Positions 8,090-15,783 of a stretch of DNA of 47,649 bases are shown piece after piece (position 1 is the first letter of the stretch; each line of letters opens with the position of its first letter). This stretch comes from a virus (taxonomy: Duplodnaviria > Caudoviricetes). The stretch covers positions 1 through 47,649 of the IMG/VR virus record IMGVR_UViG_3300048080_000347; one strand, given 5' to 3'. Under the pieces are notes generated by a model, which was given only the letters and a program-made list of their open reading frames with translations, searched no databases and was not told the origin of the DNA. The position numbers and the translations under genes are program-made.

Positions 8090-8493
8090 GCCGCGAGCCG
8101 AAGCCGGTGGAGCCGCGCGCCGCGATCGAAAAGCCAGGCGAGAAGCACCCGGCCATGTCGGCCGCGCTGGCATTGGCTCAAGACAAGCTCAAGGTGACCG
8201 AAGCGGCCACCGCGCTCCGGGTTGCGACCGCGGCGATCGAGAAGCTCGAGGGGGAGCGCACCGGACTCAGGCGCCACCTCGAGCAGTTGGAGAGCGATCT
8301 CCGCACCGGGATGGCGCGGGCCGATCGCGAGCGCAACGTGCTGGCCCACGAGCTCGCGGCCAGCGAAGAGCGGAGCGCGGCGCTGGCGAAGCGGCTCGAG
8401 GTGCTCGAGACGAACCCGCCGCGCCTGCTCGGGCGGGTCGAGGCAATCGAGGCGCTGATCGAACTGCGCCCGTCGAAGTCGGCGAAGGCCTGA
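8086..8493 (+). CDS. Coiled-coil hypothetical protein
   Basis: Heptad-rich 135 aa; GTGA overlap. Confidence 0.7.
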   Translation: MSREPKPVEPRAAIEKPGEKHPAMSAALALAQDKLKVTEAATALRVATAAIEKLEGERTGLRRHLEQLESDLRTGMARADRERNVLAHELAASEERSAALAKRLEVLETNPPRLLGRVEAIEALIELRPSKSAKA

Positions 8494-8494
8494 C

Positions 8495-9331
8495 GTGGCC
8501 GGCCCGATCGCCAACGGGATTCACCACCTCACCCGCGCGGAGTACGACGCGATCGACCGGATGAATTTTTCCAGACTCAAGCTGCTCGAGAAGAGCCCGG
8601 CGCACTTCAAGTGGGCGCTCGATCATCCGAACACGGGCGACACCGAGGCGAGGATGCGAGGGCGGGCGGTGGCGCTCGCCCTCTTCGAGCCCGACGTCTT
8701 CGAGCAGGTCGCCGTTTGGCGCGGCAAGTCCAGGCGCGGCGATGCCTGGGAATACTTCGTCCGCCGGCACCCGGGCGACGAGCACCTCACCGCGGAGATC
8801 TACGATCTGGCTCGGGCCATCGCCAAGGCGGTGCGCTCGAACCCGCAGGCTTCGAACCTGCTCAAGCCCGGAACGCGCGGCGAGGTTTCGATCCTCTGGA
8901 CGCACACCGCGCCGGCGATCCCGGGCTGGGGCGAGCCATACCGTTTCGAGTGCAAGGGCCGCGTCGACTACCTCGACCAGCTGGCGATCGTGGATCTGAA
9001 GAACGCGATCGACGTGAGCCCCGACGGCTTCGGGCGTGCGGTGGCCACGTATTCGTGGCACGTCCAGGCCGCGTTCTACTCCGACGGGGTTGAGGCGGTG
9101 ACGGGGCGCGCGCTGCCCTACTTCCTGCTCGCGGTCGAGCCGGATCCGCCCTTCGTCGCTCAGGTATACGCGGTGCCGCAGTGGGTGATCGATCTCGGGC
9201 GCGACACGTACCGCACCTGGCTCGATCGCCTCAACATCTGCCGGCAGACCGACGAGTGGCCGGGCTACGCGTCGAGCCAGCTGCAGTTGGAGCTACCGCG
9301 CTGGCTGACCCCGGATCTGATTGACGGTTGA
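8495..9331 (+). CDS. RecE/exonuclease VIII-like PD-(D/E)XK nuclease (DUF3799-like)
   Basis: NFSRLK...SPAHF, CKGRVDYL, IVDLK, WHVQAAFY, VEPDPPF and WPGY motifs. Confidence 0.85.
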   Translation: MAGPIANGIHHLTRAEYDAIDRMNFSRLKLLEKSPAHFKWALDHPNTGDTEARMRGRAVALALFEPDVFEQVAVWRGKSRRGDAWEYFVRRHPGDEHLTAEIYDLARAIAKAVRSNPQASNLLKPGTRGEVSILWTHTAPAIPGWGEPYRFECKGRVDYLDQLAIVDLKNAIDVSPDGFGRAVATYSWHVQAAFYSDGVEAVTGRALPYFLLAVEPDPPFVAQVYAVPQWVIDLGRDTYRTWLDRLNICRQTDEWPGYASSQLQLELPRWLTPDLIDG

Positions 9332-9359
9332 AGCAAACGCAAAACAGGGAGACGAACCG

Positions 9360-10193
9360 ATGAACGCGAACGTGCTGATTGAGTCGAAGATGATGGTGAG
9401 CGCGGAGTTCGGCGTTGGCGCGATTCCGCGCGAGCCGCTGGTGACGATCGACAGGATCGCGATCGAAGCCCAGGATAAAGACGGGAAAGAGAAGTGGGCG
9501 GTGTTTTTTTTTCGCGAGCCTTGGGCGAAGCCGCTCAAGATGAATCGCCACTCGCAGAAATGCTGCATCGCCATGTTCGGCACCGAGACGGATCACTGGA
9601 TCGGCAAGCGCCTGGCCCTCACCGCGGTGGCGGGGGTCTACTTCGGCGAGCGCGGCACCGCGGTGCGGATCAAGGGTTCGCCTGATCTCGCCTCGCCGCT
9701 CAGCGTCTCGGTGAAAAAACGCGGGAGCAAACAGCCAGACGTCTACAACCTGATTCCGATCGGCAGAACTCCGAGCGCGCCGGCGCCGCGCGACACCTCC
9801 GCGCCGTCGCCGGGGCACAACCCGTCGCCCTCAGCTGCGCCGACGTCCCCAGCGACGGGCCAGGGCGCGCCGTCGCCCGCCGCGGCCGGCGACGTCTCGA
9901 AACCCTCGAGCCCAGCTGCAGCAACGACGGCCGCGGGACCGTGCTTCACGTTCGGGGCGCACAGAGGCAAACCGATCAGCACCGCCGACGATGGCGCGCT
10001 GCTCGAGACGATCGGCGAGGCCGAGAAGAAACTGCTCGAGGAACCGAACGCCAGCTGGGCGAAGGGGGTCAACGATTGGATCGGCTTCTTCCGCACCGAG
10101 CTCGAGAAGCGGGCCATGGCGAGGATGGCGGCGGAGCAGGCGCGCGAACCTGGGTCGGACGACGGGTCGGTCGACGACGTGCTGCTCCTGTGA
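9360..10193 (+). CDS. Putative ssDNA-binding/annealing protein
   Basis: Follows the exonuclease; KPLKMN...FG.ETD.WIGKRL.L...VRI domain, Pro/Ala linker, FTFGAHRGK motif, acidic tail. Confidence 0.55.
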   Translation: MNANVLIESKMMVSAEFGVGAIPREPLVTIDRIAIEAQDKDGKEKWAVFFFREPWAKPLKMNRHSQKCCIAMFGTETDHWIGKRLALTAVAGVYFGERGTAVRIKGSPDLASPLSVSVKKRGSKQPDVYNLIPIGRTPSAPAPRDTSAPSPGHNPSPSAAPTSPATGQGAPSPAAAGDVSKPSSPAAATTAAGPCFTFGAHRGKPISTADDGALLETIGEAEKKLLEEPNASWAKGVNDWIGFFRTELEKRAMARMAAEQAREPGSDDGSVDDVLLL

Positions 10194-10194
10194 T

Positions 10195-10440
10195 CTACGC
10201 GGCCCGGCGCGCGCGATCGGCCGGCACGTTCGCGCGCACCACGGCTTCGGCGCACTCGGGGCAGACCGAATTACCCACGAGCCGGTGTCGCGTGTTCGGG
10301 TGGTTCGCCTTGTGGACGGCGAGCGCGATCGGATCGTGGTTGATCGCGACGTCGATCGGCTTGCCCGTCGCGGCCTCGACTCCCACCGATGCGCCGCCAC
10401 CACCGGCGAAGAGATCGACGTCGATCGGCTTGAGCCTCAC
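10195..10440 (-). pseudogene. Internally deleted C5-cytosine DNA methyltransferase (81-aa in-frame mini-protein)
   Basis: Motif I DLFAGGGG...AINHD...H..NHP joined directly to motif X GNSVCP..AEAVVRAN; no PC or ENV catalytic motifs. Confidence 0.8.
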
Positions 10441-11192
10441 GGGCCACCGCCGAACGGGCCGCCGTCGGTCACCTTGTCGAACGCTCCGGCGCCGAACACC
10501 TTGTCGAACGCTTCGGCCGACCACTTCGGGATGCGCGAACGCGCTTCGGCCTTCCGATGCGCTCGCCGGCTCTTCTCTTCGGCTTCTTCGTCGCAGGTCG
10601 GCGAGCAGGAGATCGATCCGTCCGGGGCGCGGATCCCAATGTCCGACGGGTAGAGGTGCTCGCCGCACTGCCCGCACTGGATCTCTACGACAGGAGGCGC
10701 GATCTCGACCTCGCGCGTATCCGGGTCCGGCCACGGTTCCCACTTCGCCTCGATCTCGTCGAGCCCGCGCTCCATGATGCCAGCGAGCGCGCGCACCCGC
10801 GCCGACTCGAGCGCCTCGACCCGGCGCGCCGCGTCCCGTTCGGCTTCGTCCTCCGCGATCTGATCTGAGAGCATCGCCGCGGCTTCGTCGGTGAGCCGGC
10901 CGCGCGTCCGGATCGCGGCGGTCAGTTGGCTCGCCGGGATCTCAATCGCGGCGGCGCGGTACGCGGCGAGCACGGCGATCCCGCGCGCGGTCAGCCTCAA
11001 CACCCCGTCGCGGCCATGAGCCCGCCGGGTGCCGATCGCGAGCCCGGCCTTGAGGCACCGTCGAAGGTGCGGCAAGTCCGTTGCCGGGAATCGGTTGGCA
11101 GTGGAGGTCCGGCCCACCGGGAAAATTTGGGCCAGGACCCAGATGTTCGGGTCGGTGGGCGTGCCTTTGCGCGGTCGGTTCGGATTCTTCAA
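10437..11192 (-). CDS. Hypothetical protein with C-terminal Zn-binding motif
   Basis: GGGAGG RBS, TTG overlapping the upstream stop; CGQCG...CSPTC; AFDKV repeated twice. Confidence 0.6.
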   Translation of the reverse strand: MKNPNRPRKGTPTDPNIWVLAQIFPVGRTSTANRFPATDLPHLRRCLKAGLAIGTRRAHGRDGVLRLTARGIAVLAAYRAAAIEIPASQLTAAIRTRGRLTDEAAAMLSDQIAEDEAERDAARRVEALESARVRALAGIMERGLDEIEAKWEPWPDPDTREVEIAPPVVEIQCGQCGEHLYPSDIGIRAPDGSISCSPTCDEEAEEKSRRAHRKAEARSRIPKWSAEAFDKVFGAGAFDKVTDGGPFGGGP

Positions 11193-11590
11193 GTGGCCTC
11201 CCAGTCGACCGCAGGCCTGAGAGCGAGCGCGACGAGAGAGGCAGCCTCGCGCGTCGGCACTGCGCAGATCTCTTCGGTGCTGCCGTGCCAGCCGACGCGG
11301 ACACTCCACCACGAGCCCACCGGCACCACCGAGGCGCGGGCGAAATAGCTGGGCTGGCGCGGCTCGCTGTCCCGCAGCGTCCGGGCGATGCCGCGCACCA
11401 CCTGGCCGACCCGCCACGCGGACTCGCGGTGCCAGCGGTTGTCCACCGCCACCTCAATTCCGCTGTCCTCGAGGTCGCCAGCCTCGAGGCCCAGCGCCGC
11501 CGCGTGGTCCCGGCACCACAGCCACGCGATGGTGAGGGCGAGTCCGCCCTCAGGCGTCTCGGCCCAGCGGTAGCGCGAGTAGGGAGGCAC
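11189..11590 (-). CDS. Hypothetical protein
   Basis: 133 aa, coupled with neighbours. Confidence 0.6.
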   Translation of the reverse strand: MPPYSRYRWAETPEGGLALTIAWLWCRDHAAALGLEAGDLEDSGIEVAVDNRWHRESAWRVGQVVRGIARTLRDSEPRQPSYFARASVVPVGSWWSVRVGWHGSTEEICAVPTREAASLVALALRPAVDWEAT

Positions 11591-11593
11591 GGG

Positions 11594-11821
11594 CTAGTAG
11601 CTCTCCGCGCGCGCCCAGAGCGCCTCACCCTCAGGAGCGTCAAGCGGCTCGACGCCAAGCACCTCCTCGTGGCGCCCGTTGGAGTTCACGTGCCGGCGCT
11701 GCCAGTAGCCTGTGCGCGTGCGCCGCACCTCGTGGAGCACCACGCCGCCCGCCGCCCGCTGGTCCTGTCCGCCGCCGGTGTATCCGCTGATCGCATAGGT
11801 GCTCCACGTGGTCCGATTCAT
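11594..11821 (-). CDS. Hypothetical protein, first gene of the leftward early operon
   Basis: AAGGAG RBS before ATG at 11821; 75 aa. Confidence 0.65.
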   Translation of the reverse strand: MNRTTWSTYAISGYTGGGQDQRAAGGVVLHEVRRTRTGYWQRRHVNSNGRHEEVLGVEPLDAPEGEALWARAESY

Positions 11822-11924
11822 TTGCTGCTCCTTTGGTGCCGCGCCCAGGAGCGAGCGCGGTGCTGCATGGTGCCGGGTAGCGCCCGGCAGTCGCGCTGTA
11901 TGGCCCGCCCGCGAATTGATAGAT

Positions 11925-11940
11925 AGCACGCGATGTGCCA
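11925..11940 (-). promoter_or_regulatory. Leftward sigma54 (-24/-12) promoter
   Basis: TGGCACATCGCGTGCT = GG-N10-GC, close to the TGGCAC-N5-TTGCW consensus. Confidence 0.7.
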
Positions 11941-11977
11941 GCGGCCGGGACGGGTGTCGCGGCCGGGCGCCATGTGA

Positions 11978-11990
11978 TATCAGCCGATTA
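11978..11990 (+). promoter_or_regulatory. IHF-consensus site
   Basis: TATCAGCCGATTA matches WATCARNNNNTTR exactly. Confidence 0.6.
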
Positions 11991-12170
11991 CGTCAGCGCG
12001 CAAACAGGGTGCGCCCGGCCATTCGCGCGCTATCGACCGATATTAGGCCGGCGATTGACACGAATGTCCGAACCGTAATCGACCGATATCACTCGAAACC
12101 GTGATCCGGGTGTCGCGGCGTCGCGACCGATTTGTCAGGGGAACACGGGCCGGCGGCGAACCGTGGCCCG

Positions 12171-12183
12171 CAATCGGCTGATA
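12171..12183 (-). promoter_or_regulatory. IHF-consensus site
   Basis: Minus strand TATCAGCCGATTG matches WATCARNNNNTTR; about -44 to -56 relative to the rightward sigma54 promoter. Confidence 0.6.
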
Positions 12184-12200
12184 TCACCAGCCGGGGCCGC

Positions 12201-12216
12201 TGGCATATCGCGTGCT
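12201..12216 (+). promoter_or_regulatory. Rightward sigma54 (-24/-12) promoter
   Basis: TGGCATATCGCGTGCT = GG(12202-3)-N10-GC(12214-5). Confidence 0.7.
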
Positions 12217-12229
12217 ATCTATCTATTCC

Positions 12230-12298
12230 ATGAACGCGACCCCGAAGAGCCCGAAGATCCAGACCCTCACTGCCCGGGATCGTAGCTTGGAGGAGTAG
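12230..12298 (+). CDS. Possible 22-aa near-leaderless peptide MNATPKSPKIQTLTARDRSLEE
   Basis: ATG about 3 nt after the predicted sigma54 start; the stop is followed immediately by the repeated hairpin element. Confidence 0.35.
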   Translation: MNATPKSPKIQTLTARDRSLEE

Positions 12299-12301
12299 CA
12301 G

Positions 12302-12377
12302 CACCAGCGCCCCGGCCCCTCACGGACCGGGCGGGGCGCCCTGAAGTAAACCCGCAGCCAGGAGAATCCCATGAGCA
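12302..12377 (+). repeat. Repeated intergenic hairpin/leader element, copy 1
   Basis: CACCAGCGCCCCGG...GGCGGGGCGCCCTG...ACCCGC...GGAGAA..CCATGAGCA; second copy at 12744-12823. Confidence 0.8.
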
Positions 12378-12736
12378 CTCAGACCGCCCCCGCCCCCGCC
12401 CCCGCCACCGTGCAGGTGTCGTGGATTTCCGCTGGCCTCCCGCCGCCGGAGAGCCTCCTCGACCTGGTGATGCAGGGCGGGGTCGGCATCCTCACTGCCG
12501 CTCACGCGAGCAGCAGCTACGGGCTCCCTGTCGTGGTGGTCGTCTGGGCCCCGGGCCGTGCGCCTGGGTCCGCACTCGGCCCCGCCGAGGTGGGCGCGCT
12601 CCGGGCCTCGCAGCTCAATCCCGACATAGATGACGGTGGCCCGGCCGAGCTGCCGCTGTCCGCCGCCCAACTCGCGCTCGTCGAGGCCGCGCGCCGCGCT
12701 GGGTACGATGTCGACGTGATTCCGCCGCGCCGCTGA
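12371..12736 (+). CDS. Hypothetical protein (SSYGxPV motif)
   Basis: AGGAG RBS; 121 aa. Confidence 0.7.
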   Translation: MSTQTAPAPAPATVQVSWISAGLPPPESLLDLVMQGGVGILTAAHASSSYGLPVVVVVWAPGRAPGSALGPAEVGALRASQLNPDIDDGGPAELPLSAAQLALVEAARRAGYDVDVIPPRR

Positions 12737-12743
12737 GCCTCAC

Positions 12744-12823
12744 CACCAGCGCCCCGGATCCCGCGCAAGGAACCGGCGGGGCGCCCTGTTCCACCCGCCA
12801 CACCCGGAGAAAAACCATGAGCA
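12744..12823 (+). repeat. Repeated intergenic hairpin/leader element, copy 2
   Basis: Two 14-bp blocks identical to copy 1, with the same RBS and ATGAGCA start context. Confidence 0.8.
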
Positions 12824-13044
12824 TTCGCAATCCGAAATTTTCGCGGCACACCAACGGAGAGGCGGCCGCCCATGCCGCGGTGGCCGCCCATGCCGCGGCG
12901 CTGGTGCCCGGGACACGAGTCGTCAGCACGCGAGGAGTCACGGGGACCATCCTCGGAGAGGGGCCGGGACTCGAGGTGCGGCTCGAGGGCGACGACGGCC
13001 TGCGGTGGTCGATCGATTTGCGCGACCTCGAGGCGTCGCCGTGA
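12817..13044 (+). CDS. Hypothetical protein (possible SH3-like barrel)
   Basis: GGAG RBS; PGTRV....GVTGTI...VRL.....W...DL pattern. Confidence 0.65.
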   Translation: MSIRNPKFSRHTNGEAAAHAAVAAHAAALVPGTRVVSTRGVTGTILGEGPGLEVRLEGDDGLRWSIDLRDLEASP

Positions 13045-13071
13045 GCCGCAACGAATCGACAAGGTGCTGAG

Positions 13072-13494
13072 GTGATCCTCTTCTTTGGCTGCCGGAACGA
13101 ATCCAAGGGGCACTACCTCTTCGATCGGCGCATGGACACTCCGCGCTACCCTGATCCCGAGGGCCACGGGTTCCTCCAAGGGTTCAGAATCATCCCGTGG
13201 AACGTGAACATCGACAGCGGACTTGCCCCGCGCACGAGCAGCAAGTCCGAAGCACCGAACGGCGTCGCCGGCTTCCACCAGAACGTGGCGTGGGTGGGCG
13301 CACCGGGCGAGGTTGTCTGGAGCGCGCTCGCGTGGTGGGACAACTCGGTAGACACGAGGCCCGGCTCCAACTGCGCGTTCCTTGTTGACCGGCGTTGTAC
13401 ACCTGCCGAGTTGCTCGCCGAGGCACGCGCCGCCTTCCCGCAAATCTTCGCGCGCTTCAAGTACGAGGTGGTGCTGCCCGGAGGTAGGTTGTGA
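13072..13494 (+). CDS. Hypothetical phage protein
   Basis: GAGG RBS; FFGC...GHYL...WSALAWWDNSVDTRPGSN.AF pattern. Confidence 0.7.
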   Translation: MILFFGCRNESKGHYLFDRRMDTPRYPDPEGHGFLQGFRIIPWNVNIDSGLAPRTSSKSEAPNGVAGFHQNVAWVGAPGEVVWSALAWWDNSVDTRPGSNCAFLVDRRCTPAELLAEARAAFPQIFARFKYEVVLPGGRL

Positions 13495-13943
13495 CGCGCG
13501 GCGATATCGAATCCAGAGCGCTCATTTATCTGCTCGAGATCATGCGCGAGTTCCAAGTCTCTCACGGAGTTGTCGAGCTGCAGCGTCACGACCTCCCTCT
13601 GGCAATCGCCCTCCTTCGCATTCAGAGGTTTGACGAGGCGATCTTCAACTTCCAGACGCCCCCCAACCCATCGTCATCCGCTGGCTCGCTCCTGACGCGC
13701 CTCGAGCGACTCGAGGCCGAACTCAACTCGTCGAAGGCCCTCATCCAGGTCGCAGAGGACAGGCTCCGAGAAGTCGGCCTCTCGTTCGAGTCGCTCGCCC
13801 ACCTCGAGAACGCCCAACTGAAGGAGCGTCTCGGCAAGATTGAGCGGGGCGAATGGGCGCCCAAGACCTTCACCACCACCGCCAGCACCATGGCGAAGGC
13901 TCTCATCCCATTGGCGAGCGACGAAACGGAGAAGCAGGTATGA
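13491..13943 (+). CDS. Hypothetical coiled-coil protein
   Basis: 150 aa, coupled overlaps. Confidence 0.65.
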   Translation: MTRGDIESRALIYLLEIMREFQVSHGVVELQRHDLPLAIALLRIQRFDEAIFNFQTPPNPSSSAGSLLTRLERLEAELNSSKALIQVAEDRLREVGLSFESLAHLENAQLKERLGKIERGEWAPKTFTTTASTMAKALIPLASDETEKQV

Positions 13944-14113
13944 GCCTCGAATCCGATCAGATGCTCCGTCGCACCGGCATCACTGCGCGCGAGGCAGTCG
14001 CCCTGGCCGGCCTCAACCCGTGGGCCTCGCTGACCGCCATCTACGACGCGAAGGTGCTCGACAAGCCGTTGCAGCTCGAGCCCCGCGTCGACCACCAGGT
14101 GCTCCGGGCTTGA
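13940..14113 (+). pseudogene. Truncated YqaJ-like (lambda exonuclease family) gene remnant
   Basis: RRTGITARE.VALAGLNPWAS...IY..K resembles the YqaJ N-terminus; ends after 57 aa with no PD-(D/E)XK core. Confidence 0.6.
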
Positions 14114-14203
14114 GGCCGCGCGCTGGCTCACCCTCAACGGCCACGACCTGCCCGCCGAACTCGAGGCGCTCGCCGAGTCCGTGACCGAGTAGCCCAGCAG
14201 GGT

Positions 14204-14252
14204 CGGGCTCGAGAGTCGAGCCCGTGCCCCGCCCGCCCGAATTCTCGGGCGG
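14204..14252. promoter_or_regulatory. Two tandem perfect hairpins/palindromes
   Basis: CGGGCTCGA-gag-TCGAGCCCG (14204-14224) and CCGCCCGA-attc-TCGGGCGG (14233-14252). Confidence 0.5.
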
Positions 14253-14267
14253 CAACAGGAGACCAGC

Positions 14268-14471
14268 ATGAGCAAAAAGAAGAGCGACGGGCGCAGGAAC
14301 AACGGGAAGGCGCAGCTGAAAATCAACGACGCGAAGGTGCTGGTGCGCGGGCCGGCCGCACTGATCGCAGCGGTGGCCAGCAAGGGCGCCGAGACCGGGC
14401 TCACTCAGGCGGAGTCATGGCGCGCGGCGGCGACCCTGTTCACCTCGCGGGACTTCGACGCGCCGGCCTGA
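14268..14471 (+). CDS. Putative ribbon-helix-helix DNA-binding protein
   Basis: Basic N-terminus, strand VLVRGP, helix, G-L-T turn, second helix; AGGAG RBS. Confidence 0.5.
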   Translation: MSKKKSDGRRNNGKAQLKINDAKVLVRGPAALIAAVASKGAETGLTQAESWRAAATLFTSRDFDAPA

Positions 14472-14555
14472 GCGTTCGCGGGTGCTCGCCGATGCCAGCA
14501 CGGATCGGCGGGCGGCCCGCGGTGCTTGTACCGCCACAACAGGAGCGACTAAGCG

Positions 14556-15299
14556 ATGGCGAAGAACACGACGACGAAGAACCTTGGGCGGCTGTTGGAG
14601 GCCGCGCTGCAGTTGGACACCGCGCTCGAGACGATCGAGGAGATGGGCGAGCGCGATGGTTTGGCCGGGTTGATCGGCGCGCCGCCGGAGGTGGTCCGCG
14701 AGGCGTCGCACGACTTCCGCTGCGACGTCTTGCGCGACTGCGCCGACGAACTTTGCGAGACCTTCCTGAAGATCTCTGAAGGCTCGACCCCGATGGGTGC
14801 GGCCAGGGAGTCGATCTGGGCGAAGGTGAGGACGATCCACGGTCTGCTCGGGTGGCCGGTCGACGCCATCGCCTACTCGCTCGACGTCGCCCGCGATCAC
14901 CTCGACGATCTCGCCGAGCCCAGCGCCGCGCCGGTCGACGTCAAGTTTCCGGCCGACCCGTGCCCCACCCGCATTGATTCTGAGAGCCTGATCGTCAAGC
15001 TGATCTGCCACGGCTGCCCCGACGAGAAGATCCCGGGCACAGAGAAGGATCCGCGCGGCTTCCCGGGTCTGCTGTGCGAGACCTGCGCGGCAGAAGCCCT
15101 GCTCGATCTCCGGCGCGGCGCCGCCGAACTCTGGCCCGGCTACGTCTACGAGTTCGAGGAGCCGGTCTGGATCGCGGTCGAGGGCAAGGAGTGCGGCAAT
15201 CCGCTGCCCGGCTGCGCGGAGGTCGGCTGCCCGCTGAAGCGCGAGCACGACGGGATCTGCCAGTGGCCTTCCGACGCTCGGCGCGAGGCGCGGCCGTGA
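14556..15299 (+). CDS. Hypothetical Cys-rich protein
   Basis: AGGAG RBS; CHGC, CETC and C...C...C.L...HDG.C motifs. Confidence 0.7.
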   Translation: MAKNTTTKNLGRLLEAALQLDTALETIEEMGERDGLAGLIGAPPEVVREASHDFRCDVLRDCADELCETFLKISEGSTPMGAARESIWAKVRTIHGLLGWPVDAIAYSLDVARDHLDDLAEPSAAPVDVKFPADPCPTRIDSESLIVKLICHGCPDEKIPGTEKDPRGFPGLLCETCAAEALLDLRRGAAELWPGYVYEFEEPVWIAVEGKECGNPLPGCAEVGCPLKREHDGICQWPSDARREARP

Positions 15300-15601
15300 T
15301 CGCCCCGTCCTGGGCGGAGGCCGCGGTCGAGCAGATGAAGCGCGCAACGGTCGAGGCGACGAGCAAGCCGAAGATGGCGAAGCGGACCCGCCGCGCGAAG
15401 TTCGCGGTCGACTGGAACTTCGACGGCTCGCGCGCCGCGACCCTGGTGATCAACATGGGCGCGGGCACGATCGCGGTCCGCCCGTTCCGGCGGCGCCGCT
15501 CGTACGAACTGCCGCTGGCCGACGTTGCGCTGATGATCGCTCAGCGGGTTGCGCGGGCCGACGCGAAGTCGAAGATTAAGGCGCGGGGGGCTCGCCGGTG
15601 A
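15296..15601 (+). CDS. Hypothetical basic protein
   Basis: GTGA overlap; VRPFRRRRSYELPL. Confidence 0.6.
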   Translation: MIAPSWAEAAVEQMKRATVEATSKPKMAKRTRRAKFAVDWNFDGSRAATLVINMGAGTIAVRPFRRRRSYELPLADVALMIAQRVARADAKSKIKARGARR

Positions 15602-15783
15602 CTCCGCTCTTCGTCGCCCGATGCAACACCTGCGGCACCAGTTACACCGCCGAGCGCTGGGCGGCCCTCGAACTCAAGGGCGAGCAGAAGGTCGAGGCCG
15701 ACGAGACCGGCCCGGCTGAGACCCTCGAACTTCGCAACTGCGGTTGCGGCTCGACTCTCGCGATCCCTCTTGCGCCGAAGTGA
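15598..15783 (+). CDS. Small Zn-ribbon protein
   Basis: CNTCG...W..L...ELRNCGCGSTL. Confidence 0.65.
   Translation: MTPLFVARCNTCGTSYTAERWAALELKGEQKVEADETGPAETLELRNCGCGSTLAIPLAPK

Larger units (their letters stand above)
11918..12223. repeat. Nested inverted repeats: 29 bp (11918-11946 / 12195-12223, one mismatch) and 16 bp (11974-11989 / 12172-12187, perfect)
   Basis: Read directly from the sequence. Confidence 0.9.

Noticed and set aside
10470-10517. Direct repeat CACCTTGTCGAACGCT(C/T)CGGC, and an 18-bp tandem at about 12864-12898
   Set aside because: Short in-frame coding duplications (AFDKV x2, AAHAA x2) with no sign of a separate function
12055-12085. Sigma70 promoter from the perfect TTGACA at 12055
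   Set aside because: No acceptable -10 hexamer at 16-18 bp spacing
11918-12223. Invertible (phase-variable) segment between the 29-bp inverted repeats
   Set aside because: No invertase recognised, and each arm is itself a sigma54 promoter; a symmetric promoter pair explains it better, though read mapping is needed to exclude inversion
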